A stretch of 43,699 nt of DNA from Chiloscyllium plagiosum. Lineage: Eukaryota. The notes under the pieces were generated by a model that did no database searches, had not been told where the DNA came from, and worked only from the letters and a program-made list of their open reading frames with translations. Below, one piece after another: positions 1 through 11,289 of the stretch. Numbering within the stretch: the first letter of the stretch is position 1; each line of letters begins with the position of its first letter. A program made the translations under genes and the position numbers. The stretch is from contig NC_057719.1 of the NCBI RefSeq assembly GCF_004010195.1, forward strand, positions 55,777,534-55,821,232, in the 5' to 3' direction.

Positions 1-206
1 GCCTATCACCCTCACCTTAACCTCCTTCCACCTATCGCATTCCCAACGCCCCTCCCCCAAGTCCCTCCTCCCTACCTTTTATCTTAGCCTTCTTGGCACA
101 CCCTCCTCATTCCTGAAAAAGGGCTTATGCACAAAACGTCAATTCTCCTGCTCCTTAGATGATGCCTGACCTGCTGTGCTTTTCCAGCAACACATTTTTC
201 AGCTCT
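1..206 (+). mobile_element. Penelope-like element 3' end (pLTR) with degenerate hammerhead core, cut by the window start
   Basis: C-rich tract, then CCTGAAAAAGGGCTTATGCACAAAACGTC...GATGCCTGACCTGCTGTGCTTTTCCAGC. Same family as the sequence downstream of the GIY-YIG ORF (22800-22890) and the arms at 32496-32684. Confidence 0.8.
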
Positions 207-212
207 CGTACA

Positions 213-764
213 TGGATTTGCCAGCTTGAGCTTTCGCAGCAAATGTGTCCTTGTGGTGTAACATGGTCATGGTGTCTTAGCATAACAATTTTGATATAAG
301 GACTTGTTTGGTCTTGTATGTTCTCAGGAACTTCTTAATACTATCAGGCCATTCTTGGATAATGATCTTTTCAGTTGAAATGACTCATACTTGCTCTGGT
401 CAATGTGTAAAGATCTATCAAGTTTGCAGTCTAGTGCATTGACCTGGCAAGCAAAAGGAACATTCAGACCTTAGTGTTGGTTGGATAATGTGCTTAGCAC
501 ATCACAAGGAGTCACTCAGGTTCCTGCCTTATATCTAACTTCAAAGTCATGTGCTTGTACTTTGACTAGCAAATACTGTAAATATGGCAGTGCACGCATC
601 AGCTATTTACCACAGTTCACTTCTTGTGGCTTATGCTCTGATCCAATGGTGAGGCGCTTGTCAAAAAAATAGGTGTATAATTGCATGATACAAAACACCA
701 GAGCTAACATCTCAAATCTATATTGGAATAGATGACCAAAACCAATAGGACTGGAAAGTTGCAG
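213..764 (-). mobile_element. Degenerate Gypsy LTR-retrotransposon pol (RNase H region)
   Basis: Manual minus-strand translation gives EMLALVF...YTYFFDKRLTIGSEHKPQEV...LQYLLVKVQAHDFEVRYKAG...DVLS. This resembles the Gypsy RNase H pattern ELLA...YLYG..F...TDHKPL...LQ.YDF...Y.PG...ADALS and contains stops. Confidence 0.8.
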
Positions 765-1830
765 TGACATTCAATGGTGTTGCCATCACTGAATCCCCCC
801 GTACCAACATCCTGAAGGTTTACAATTGACCAAAATCTAATTGGACTTGCCATATAAATATATGGCTGCAAAAGCAGGTCAGAGGCTTGGAATACAGTTA
901 CAAGTAACTCATCTCTTGACTCTCCAAAACCTGTTCACCAACTACAAGGCTCAAATCAGGATTGTGATGAAATACTCCCCAGTTTCTTGATGAACATAGC
1001 TCCAAAAATACTCAAGTAGCTTGACACCATCCAAGACAAAGCAGTCCACTTTATTGGCACTATATCCACAAGCATTGTGGATATAGTGCCAACATAGTGC
1101 CATTTGTGGGTGGCGCAGTGGCACAGTGGTTAGCACTGCTGCCTCACAGCACCAGAGACCCGGGTTCAATTCCCACCTCAGGCGACTGATTGTGTGGAGT
1201 TTGCACATTCTCCCCATGTCTGCGTGGGTTTCCTCCGGGTGCTCCAGTTTCCTCCCACAATCCAAAAATGTGCGGGTTAGGTGAATTGGCCGTGCTAAAT
1301 TGCCCGTAGAGTTAGATAAAAGGGTAAATGTAGGGGAATGGGTCTGAGTGGGTTGCGCTTCGGCGGATCGGTGTGGACTTGTTGGGCCGAAGGGCCTGTT
1401 TCCACACTGTAAGTAATATAATCTAATCTAATCTAAAGCATTGATTCCCTTCACCACCAATGCTCAGTAGCTGCAACATCTACTATCTACGAGATGCACT
1501 GCAGAAAATCAGCTTCGACAGCACCTTCCAAACCCACGACCCCTTCCATCTAGAAGGACAAGGCTAGCAGATACATGGGAACACCACTACCTGCAAGTTC
1601 CTCTCTAAGCCACTCACCGTCCTGACTTGGAAATTTATCACCATTTCTTCTCTGTAATGGAGTCAAATTCCTGGAATTCCCTCCTTAATGGCATTGTGGG
1701 TCAACCTACAGCACATGATTTACTGCAGTTCAAGAAGACAACTCTGCACCACTGTCAAGGGCAATTAGAGATAGGCAATAAATGCTGGGCACTCAGCAAT
1801 ACCCATGTCTCATGAGTGACTAAACAAAAA
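765..1830 (+). mobile_element. CR1-group (CR1/L2/Crack-like) LINE 3' fragment inserted into Gypsy pol and interrupted by an HE1 SINE
   Basis: Encodes degenerate NLFTNYKAQIRIVMKYSPVS...KILK*LDTIQDKAVHFIG (RT C-terminus) and ends in an A-rich tail near 1830. The Gypsy reading (DALQKGLG) resumes directly after it. Confidence 0.75.
1108..1435 (+). mobile_element. HE1 / V-SINE, near full length
   Basis: tRNA-like head (A box TGGCACAGTGG, B box GGTTCAATTCC), V-domain TGTGTGGAGTTTGCACATTCTCCCCATGTCTGCGTGGGTTTCCTCCGGG and (CTAAT)n tail. Flanking direct repeat AAGCATTG at 1070-1077 and 1436-1443. Confidence 0.95.
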
Positions 1831-2215
1831 TGCCTAGACCTTTTTGCAGTGCATCTATTTCCAGATCATGCCTTCACTGAGTCATAGTGTTGCTGTTGGC
1901 AAGAATTTGCTGATAGCGCCTGTTTGAGGGAATTGAAGATGTGGTTGTCTTTCTGCATATAGGGAATGACTTTCTTGAGATAATATCTCATCACAGATAT
2001 TTTTTCCATGAAGTTGAGATTATATAGCAAAGAGGCCATTCCTCTTTACCCACTGGAGTGGACATATCTCTAACATCCTTGATCTTGCTTGGATCAGGGT
2101 GAACTCCATGGGAAGAATAAATGGGTCGGAGAAAGTCTATCTGTCTAACATTGAACTAACACTGCATGCTGTTAAATGTCATTCCATGTTGTTACAGTGC
2201 TGCCATCTGTAGGTG
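1831..2215 (-). mobile_element. Degenerate Gypsy pol (RT C-terminus, tether, start of RNase H); same element as 213-764
   Basis: Minus-strand translation HGMTFNSMQC*FNVRQIDFLRPIYSSHGVHPDPSKIKDVRDMSTPVGKEE ... DALQKGLG. Confidence 0.8.
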
Positions 2216-2729
2216 ACGATTCTGGGCACTAACAGGAGTGAACCTGAGAAGGTCCACCTCAAAGCTCTGGGAATTGACACATTTACAATTAAACCAGCAA
2301 AATAAATAACAGCCCTCATGCCTCACAGTCATTTGCATATTCAGGATACATCATCTATGACAACTCATGTCACCTCAAGACCCCCTAAACACCTCAGGTC
2401 CTCCAAGTTGTCCTATGCCCCTTTATACTTCTGCACATGGCTCCTTATACCTTCTCTGCCCACCTATTACACATACCTAACCTTATGGCTCCTTATAGTA
2501 CCTATGCAAACTGACTGCTAATTCATGACTACCCACAACCCTACCCACCACCGTTTTCCCTTGCATCCTCCATGCCAACTCCTTGACTATCCACCATGGG
2601 CAAACTTCAAAAGCCATGGTGGGATGAAATAAAATAAAACTTTAAGTGTGAATACAGACTACAATCTATTAGAAAATGCCCTCAATCATAGAAAATCCAT
2701 TAAATATATTTACATTCCTTCAGATATTT

Positions 2730-2960
2730 AAGAACAAGAGTGACCATTTAGCCATTCAACCCTACTCTGGTATTCAAGTGAATCATAGTTGATCTCCTCA
2801 ATTTATATTTTCCACATTATTCAATATCCCTTAATGTCATTAGTCTCTAGAAATCCATGGTTTCTATGTTGAACCAAGATACTGTACAACTGCAGCAAGA
2901 CATCTTGCTTCTGTACTCATATCCTCTTGAAATCAATGCCAAATATTGTGTGGTATCATA
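2730..2960 (-). mobile_element. Old CR1 3' fragment
   Basis: AAGAACAAGAGTGACCATTTAGCCATTCAAC...GAATCATAGTTGATC resembles the reverse of the CR1 3' end at 26185-26420. Confidence 0.5.
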
Positions 2961-3248
2961 ATTGGTTGCTTCTAATCACAAAACAAACATGTTTTTAAGT
3001 ACATAATCTTGTATGAAATTGCAAGTTTATACTTCTATCCCACATTAAAGATATCATACTCATTTTGAGTTGCGGATGAATCTGTATCTACAGTCCACCT
3101 ACTGTGATAATATGTTGTTTATCATTAATCCCATAATGATAACATTCAGACTTATGTCAATAGGTAGTGAGAAATTCCAAACAATTGCAATTGCAACTTG
3201 ATGTATGTTTTCAAAAATTTTAAATTTTGGAGATTTAAATCTTCACGT

Positions 3249-3569
3249 GGGCAGCACGATGGTTCAGTGCTTAGCACTGCTGCCTCACAGCACCAGGGTT
3301 CCAGGTTCAATTCCAGCCTTGGGCAACTATCTGTGTGGAATTTGCACATTCTCCCCGTGTCTGTGTGGGTTTCCTTTGGGTGCTCTGGTTTCCTCCCACA
3401 TTCTAAAGATGTGCAGGTCAGGTGAATTGCCCATGCTAAATTATCCATCGTGTTAGGTGCATTAGTCAGAGGGAAATGAGTCTGGGTGGGTTACTCTTTG
3501 GAGGGTCAGTGTGGACTTGTAGGGCCGAAGGGCCTGTTTCCACACTGTATGGAATCTAATCTAATCTAA
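3249..3569 (+). mobile_element. HE1 / V-SINE
   Basis: Same head, V-domain and (CTAAT)n tail as 1108-1435. Confidence 0.95.
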
Positions 3570-4379
3570 ATGACTTGAAGGTTTAACAGTTTCACTGAAC
3601 TTACTCCCTTTTTATACACATTTATGTATACTTTTAACAATTTCAAAGGGGAAACTGACCTTTCCAAAGTGCACTTTATCTTTTATGGTATATTTATATG
3701 TTACATATAGGGATATGTTACATTTTCAAAAGTCTCCTCTTGCTCTTCAAATAACTGCAGCAGCGTTAGTATTTTTTTCCTCATAGTCTAAACCTCACGA
3801 GTGAAGTTTTGGATATCCCATTAATGGAAATTGCATCTGTTATGAAGTTAGCTGCACTTTTACATCTATGCAGCTGTCTCTAGGAGCAATAATCTATTTC
3901 AAAAAATGAAAAGTATTTGACTTCTTACACAAGAAATGTGACATATATGTGGCTACTCTGACTCTGAGATTAAAGGAAAATACTTCTTTCCATGTAAGTA
4001 CTCATGAAATCTCACATAGTTTATTTAAATTAACTAGTGGCTTTAAGATTGAGTAAAACCTTCACAGAATAGGGAGAACATGGTCAATTGATGACTATGG
4101 CTGAAATGTCCACGCTGTATATGGTAGAGTGCTCTATTGTCTCTCCAATGAAAAGCACATTTTTAATGCACATTTGTTCATATGACCTGTGTTGTCCAGA
4201 CATTTACCAGGTTATTTGGTGCTTTTTATGCTCCTTCATTGATCCATGGCTCATCCATGCATTACTGCTGCTTGGCTTCCTCTCCCATGATAATAGCACA
4301 TACATTGTTCCTCTATAAGCGATTCTTCTATAAGAGGAACAATTATTTGGCCTAACATTACATTGAAATTGATCAATAA

Positions 4380-4880
4380 TAAGATGGAAATTTTTACTTT
4401 AATTAACACCAGTCACTGAGTCTGTGTCTTGTCTGTTTTGTCACATATGTGGTGTTTACATTTACCTGCAGAAAATTACATCTTCCATTGTCTTAACCAC
4501 TTAAATATTTGGAGTGTAAGTTCTGATCAGTTTCTCTGATTCCACTGCATCTCCTACTTTAATACCTTATGTAAATTTTGACCAATTTGCTTTGAGTTTC
4601 TGAATCTATATTATTGCAGTTAATTAGAGATAGTACATACTGCATGACTGACCCCTGGGCATTCTCTCTCACACTAATATCACTCCCCTACCAATGGAAT
4701 TCCCAAATTATTTTGAATTCCTACAACAGTTACCTCATATCGTAACCTTCTGGGTGTCTGAGTTTTTGATTAGTGTTTGACTCTTCACAGTGCACTTGGG
4801 TTCTTACCCCTTATTTGTTAAGTGTTAGTAACTGAATGTCTGTGACAGTGTGGGAACACATTAACTGATTCAAGTGAGGT
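4380..4880 (-). mobile_element. Highly decayed CR1/L2-type RT remnant
   Basis: Minus strand gives WLRQWKM*FSAGKCK, resembling W...WQM.FN..KCK, plus a decayed GVPQGS-like segment upstream. Confidence 0.45.
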
Positions 4881-4929
4881 GTAAGAAACTCAACCTAGGA
4901 ACCTGGTAGCAACAACAAGAGTTAATAAT

Positions 4930-5075
4930 TCAGCATGAAGATGTTTGACCTTTCATCAGAACAGATGTATTGCTTCTGTTTTTCATACCACAGAATCTGC
5001 CAAACCCATTGAGATTCCTGGGTTTTCTCTTTTTTTGTTTTAGATTTCTATCAACAGCAGTATTTGGTTTTGTAT
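4930..5075. mobile_element. Decayed Penelope-like pLTR fragment
   Basis: GACCTTTCATCAGAAC (reverse of CTGATGAAAGGTC), followed by a decayed copy of the arm and tail seen at 28500-28600. Confidence 0.45.
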
Positions 5076-8000
5076 TAGGTAAGTTGTAATTCAGAGCTTG
5101 TATGCATTACAGTGCACTTATATAATTAAGGCAATTCACAGCTGAGATAATACCAAGAACCATGGAATCTGAAAATGCATCAGTGTCTCCATAGTAACAG
5201 AATAGAAACTGAACTATTAGACTGTGTCAGGTACTTCATCAGTTCCATTAGCCAAGCTCTTGTAATGAAACTTAAAATGTATTGAGAAAAAAATGTAAAT
5301 GCATATTATTCCCTTGAAATACAAGGAACACAACAGCTGCCTCACTGTTACGAGATGCAATTATGGACTCAAAAAAACACCAAATGCTTGTGACTTTCTC
5401 AAAGTAGTAACTACAATAATGCCATCTATACATCACTCCTCGGCATTCTTATTCATAAAACAAAGATTAGCTGTAAAGAAACTGTTCCATAAAATACATT
5501 GGTTTCGTGGTGTTTATAGGCCATCTGATGAAATGATATATTCTATTAATTTGAACATATAAATCACAGAAAAGGTTGTATTTTTAAACTGTTTTGAGTT
5601 TAAATCAATGTTGGCTCCATGATAATCCCAAAAACAATTGTCCTGTGATTGATTTAATCATTCCTTGACCAGAACGCAGTTTGGGTGTTGACCAATGATA
5701 TCATTACATCTCACGTCAGCTACATGTGAAAAAATCCTTAAAATAGCACCAGAACTATAACTTCGAAAAGATAATATTTCTGAGGTAAATAGTTTCTCTG
5801 CAGGGAGCCACATACATAAATCATACTGGAATTTCAATGGTTCATGAACACAAGACATCATGCTGAAGTGATACTGTGGAAAAAAGGAAGCGCTATTCCA
5901 GGGCTCAGAACTGTTGCCATGTTTTCATCGTGTTGTTTTTCCCAAAAACTACGTTGTTGAATAGCCATTAAATTCAGCCAAATCATCTCTCAAATTGTTC
6001 TAATGGGTTATATGCGCGATGTGTTCAAAAACTTTCAAAGCAACAGCAACAAAACTCCATTAAGAAATAAGTTCTCATGTAAAGATTCTCACAGAAGGAT
6101 GCCACTTATGCGAAGCTTCCTGTGAATTTAATGACAGAATATAAATACAGAAGATGTCTATGTTAAAAACGTTTTTAATGACGGCATTTGTGAGATGTGA
6201 AATCAGTAATGTTACTGATCTATTTAACATATGTATATTTTAGTGAGGTGTCTGCAATTTTAACTGATTCTTTTCAGATGAGTTAATTTCCATCGTTTAT
6301 GAGAGTAATGTAGGATTCAATGGTATAAATCACACAAAATTGGACAATCCTATCTATCTGTTTTTTCATCCTCGACATTTGCAGTTTCATCAGCCATTAA
6401 ACTTCACTGCCCATATTAGCCAGCAAAAAGTTAAGGACAGATTTATAGATCTCTTCCTTCCAAATTCAAAAGCCCAAAACTGAAATCTTATATTTCTTTA
6501 GCTTTCAATAAACTGCAGATTTCTAACCAAACACTCCTGGTCTGGCAGTTGCGCAAACTAACTTTTCACTCAAATATTTATCCGCAGAATGATTCTATAC
6601 TCCTTTCCAGGTGAAAAAATATATTGTGGTTTGACACAAATCAAGTTCCTTCCAAAATGCTCAAAAACTTTCAGTTTCTGGGTTTCCTGTGGTAAAATAA
6701 ATCCTTAATTATCCTGAACTAAAAACAAGCTCTCATCCTTCAATGTTTGCACTCCTGTTCATAGACCCAACACAGTATTAACAATCGTCCATTAACACTA
6801 CAGGGTTCCTGCTATCTTGACACATTCTGATTTGGTCAATTTTTAGGAGGACTGATCAAACTAGATATTTTTTAAAAGAAACACCTTCTCAAAATTACCC
6901 AACATAATAAGCAAATACTTTAAAGTCCAAACGTTCCTTCTGGTTATTTAAGGTATTCTAGGGATTATGGGGATAGTATGGAAAATTGGCTTTGAGGCAG
7001 AAGATCAGCCACAATCTACTTACATAAGGCAGGGAAGAGTCAAGTGCTCAAATTGGTCATTTCTTTATCTTATTTCTAACATCACCGTAATCTACTTTTC
7101 ATGCTTTTTGTTGCTTTCTTAATGTAATATTAACATACTGTTTAGTGTTTCAATAGGGAAGTAGAATTGAAACAACTGAGAGGTCAAGGAATTTTTAAAA
7201 TTATTGAACCTAATGCCTTCTGAAGTAATAGAAAATATTTAAGTCATATATAACATGATTACCTTCACTCATATCTATGAAAATTAAAATAGATTAACAG
7301 AAATCAATATGGATTTTTCAAATTGATATCACAGTGTGCAATTGGTATGCAATGCTAATTTAGTCAATTATGTTTTCCCTCCACTATCGATACTTCATTA
7401 ATTATCTCCCAACTGATTGATAGTCAATATATTGACTAATAGCATAAGAAAAGCAGTGCAAATAATATGCAAGTTTGTGAAAGCACAATGAAGATATAGC
7501 TATAGTCAAGCATTACTTGAGTAGGAGATTAGAAACTGATTGATTTCTGTGCTCGTAGATCCTCTTTATCATTTTATTATTTTATAAATAACTGACAAAG
7601 AGAGTTTTAATATCTTCATTCCCCATCTATCACTGATACTCTCCCAAAAGGGAGAAATTCCACCCACTGTCAGTTTGTCCATGAAAAAAAACGTGGGAAT
7701 TGAAAATGCTTAATACAATTAGACAATGTTGAAAAAGTTTTGGTGAAACTTAGTAATTGAGATAAGGATTGGCAGATGGCATTTAATGCGAACAAATGGA
7801 GGTAAATCATAGGACAAAAAATTTGTGAGTGATAACTTTAACAATTCCAGAGCAGAAAAAAAATAAGATCAGTCCTCTAATAGGCTTTGAAGGTGTCTCA
7901 GTTAGCAATTAAAAAGGCAGATGTAATGCCAGGGTACACTCCTGCACGGAAGTGGTGCTAGCTGTGAATAACACATTAATAAATTATTATACTTGTTTGA

Positions 8001-8189
8001 GACACTATGCTATTAAATAGGATATTATGCATTAGAAAGGAAATAAGGCACAGCAGAAAGCAATTTAAAATCTCCACTCAGTGGAAAGCACACAGATTGG
8101 AAGCTAAGTTCTAAGTTGTACAATTTGCAGACTTTTTCTGCCTGGGATCCATCAAAGCCAGGTGACAGATGTTTCCACCTACAGTTCAG

Positions 8190-8690
8190 AGGGGGGTTCA
8201 CTGGGTTGATTCCTGGAATGAAGGCATTGTTTTTGGAGGAGATAATTTGGCTTTTATTAACTGGAGCCTAAATGAATGAGAAGTGATGCTATTGAAATAA
8301 AAAAACTACTGGAGGGGCTTAACAATAAATGCTAAAAGTATGCTTTTCCTCATGGGAAATGGAGAAGTCAGGGTCACAGTTTCAAAATAAATCCTATTTG
8401 AGACAGAGGTAAAGAATTTGTTTATTCAGTGGGTCATTAATTTTGAAATTTTCTACACCAGAGAGTGATGGACAGTGGTTCATTAAATTCATCAAAGTTT
8501 GAGTTCCACAGATTTTTGACGTCTAAGGGAAGCAACATGTATATGGGGGGGAGGGGCGGTGTGGGGGGGGTCAGGCAGGAAATTCAAATTTAAGGTTAGA
8601 ATCAAATCAGCCATGACCTAATTGAAAAGTATAGCAGGCTTGGGAGGCCAAATGACCAACTTCTGTGCTTATTTCTGATTTTGTTATGTC
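8190..8690 (+). mobile_element. Old CR1 LINE 3' end
   Basis: GGTTCACTGGGTTGATTCCTGGAATGAAGG...AGGGTCACAGTTTCAAAATAA...AAATCAGCCATGACCTAATTGAA...TTCTGATTTTGTTATGTCC. Confidence 0.75.
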
Positions 8691-8998
8691 CTATCCTGAA
8701 GTTCCTGCATAAATATTAATAGGAGTCATTTCATGTAGCTAGGCTCCAAAACCATTTCTATAGCCTAGTAGGTGGAACATCCAGCACTTAAGATTTTATT
8801 CACCGGACTATAAGACCAAGCCAGAGGCTCATCAGGCAGAAAGGGCCATTGTATTTCAGGGCCCAATATCTTCTTGGCATTGGATGATGATGTTCATGAC
8901 AAATAAGCCTGAATGCACTGTAGATGTATGGTTTGTCAAATTCAGGGTCTGGGCAATAATAAGTTCAAGGATGTTGATAGAATCCAAAAATGTGAATG

Positions 8999-9465
8999 TC
9001 ATAGAGTCTTAGAGCTATACAGCATGGAAACAGACCCTTGGGTCCAACTTATCCACGCCGACAAGATATCCTAAACTAATCTGGTCCCGTTGGCCAATAT
9101 TTGGCCCATATCCTTCTAAAGTCTTCCTATTCATTACACCCATTTTAAATGGTGTAATTGCACCCACTTCCACTTCCTCTGGCAGTCCATTCTACACAGA
9201 AGGTGGTGCATGTATGGAACAAATTGCCCTTCGAGTCCCTTTTAAATATTTCCTCACTCACCTGAAATCTATATCTCTAGTTATAGATTATCTACTCTGG
9301 GAAAAAGAGCTTGACTATTCATCTAAGCATGCCCCTCAGATTTTATAAACCTCGATAAGGTGTCTCCCCCCATCCCCCTCTCCAGCCTCCGACATTCCAG
9401 GGGAAAATACCCCAGCCTATTCAGCCTCTCCCACAACCCAAACCCTTCAGTCCCGGCAACATCCT
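8999..9465 (-). mobile_element. CR1 LINE 3' fragment
   Basis: Reverse complement of the 3' part of 40415-41319, starting with the tail TCATAGAGTC. Confidence 0.9.
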
Positions 9466-11289
9466 GGGTTATTGTTACTACGTTCACCACTATGAATCCT
9501 TCCTATTGGTATTGTCAAACTACTGATATTATGTGGAGAAGGATGCCCTCATAATGTCCACAGCTAGAAGATAGTCTTGGTCTTAGTTAAATGGGAAGTT
9601 TATTAATATAATTTCGGAGCTGGTTACATTACATCTAAGATATAACAACAGACTATCAGGCTTACCTTAAGCTTAAGTATACATTACTATTTTATTTCCA
9701 TGCTGTTAACAGTACGAACAATGAATAGACCCTCTTGTGAACAGAGGCAGAACTTGCCTGGTTAGCACCTTCTAGGCACAGCTCTTTAGACTGTAATAGG
9801 TGGAGCTTATCTTATGATGTCAGTTAACCTTTTCAGTATTAAATACATGATACAGCTCGTCCCTCAAGCTATTTTTCTGTTTTTTAAGTTCTTTGTACAA
9901 TTCAAGTAAGTCAAGTAAGTAGTTCCTACCAAATCTCTCATTTGGATTGAAAATTTGCTGCCAGAAGTTGGAACATTCAGATACAGTTCCTTGCCGCACT
10001 GAAATCATGGTGGATGTTTAATTGTTTAGAGCTCTTTGGTGTAGATGTCACTGTTGAATATTTGTTTTCCTTGGAAGATCTTTAGTTTCCTCAAATTGTG
10101 TCAGAGAAGATTGTTGCACTTCTGAAAGAATGAATCTTCTCCTCTTGATGTTGCTTTACTTATTAGATTCATATATCCTTCCATTCTTGCTCATATTCAT
10201 TTGGATAATGGTTTTTTTCAGGTTCAATTATGGACAGTAAAGCTGATTTGATTTGTTTCGATATTGCTTTTAAGTAGCTGAACTGGCTGTAACAATGTCT
10301 AACACTAATTTTTGGTTGATTGTTTTGTGAAGGATATCGGATGAACAGATTTTGTAGACTTTTCTGTAGTTAGAAGGCAACTGAATAATTCCTCCAAACC
10401 TGTAAGGCATGTAAATTGTCATACACGAACATGATAAATGTCAGGCTGGGTATTTGTTTTCTTTGGTTCTGTGGTCATTCTTATAAAGATCTACGAAGCC
10501 TTTTTCTCGTTAAATTCCAGTACAATGATCACTGGTATTTGCAGGTTGAACTGATTTAGGTTTCCAACATAGCACAGAATTTTAAAAGAATACCATGTGT
10601 TTTAATCTCAAGTGCAACATTTTAGTTTTTAATATCAGACACTTTTGTTCTATATTTATTTTAATAGTACTTGCAGCAGTTTTGAACGGCATTTTGTCTG
10701 CATTGTGTAGCCTGATCAGAAGACTTTAGTTTCATTTTCCTCAACAAAGGATTTTCATCAGCTAAAGCAGTAGCACTCACCCCAGTGACAAGTTGGATGA
10801 CCATTAACCTGTATGGTCTATGTCATGCCTGGTTCTGACGAATCTGCTATTACTGCAGGAAAGGTTGATTTCTGCCTTTGTGTTGGTGTATCATCATCTA
10901 ATGGTGTGCGTTCTCATGAAGGTATGATTTGGATTTTCTGGATTTTCCTCCAAAAGTACGTGCTGTAAGGTGTTAACCTCTGTGCAATCTGCATTATTTA
11001 TTCTGTGATTTGATGGTTTTGTTTTAATAACTGTGTATTCTCTGGAGATGTGTCACTTTCTTACAAAAGTTGCACGGGCGTGACATCACTGAATGTTGCT
11101 TCTTTTTATTTGACTTCCTTTAACTCTTCAACTGGAAGTGAGAGATTAGTTTCAAGAATTTTAAGCACATTTTGTGCTGGTCCACTGTGTGTTTTCATGC
11201 TTTTCTACGTTAGAAAGTTTAAACATTTGGGTGAGATTCTTCAGGTTGGTTGACTTCCTACATTCTTCATTCTCCAACTGTTCTTGAAT

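Noticed and set aside
1108..1180. tRNA-like A and B boxes
   Set aside because: These are SINE heads followed by a V-domain and tail, not tRNA genes.
951..1265. ORFs reading like MDCGRKPEHPEETHADTGRTCKLHT (also 3152-3448, 22261-22548, 29396-29854)
   Set aside because: These are antisense translations of HE1 SINEs, not a gene family.
7421..7438. Perfect 18-bp palindrome TAGTCAATATATTGACTA
   Set aside because: Nine AT-rich pairs are within chance expectation for a 44-kb window, with no supporting context.
8545..8571. G-rich run with quadruplex potential
   Set aside because: Simple G expansion inside a decayed CR1.
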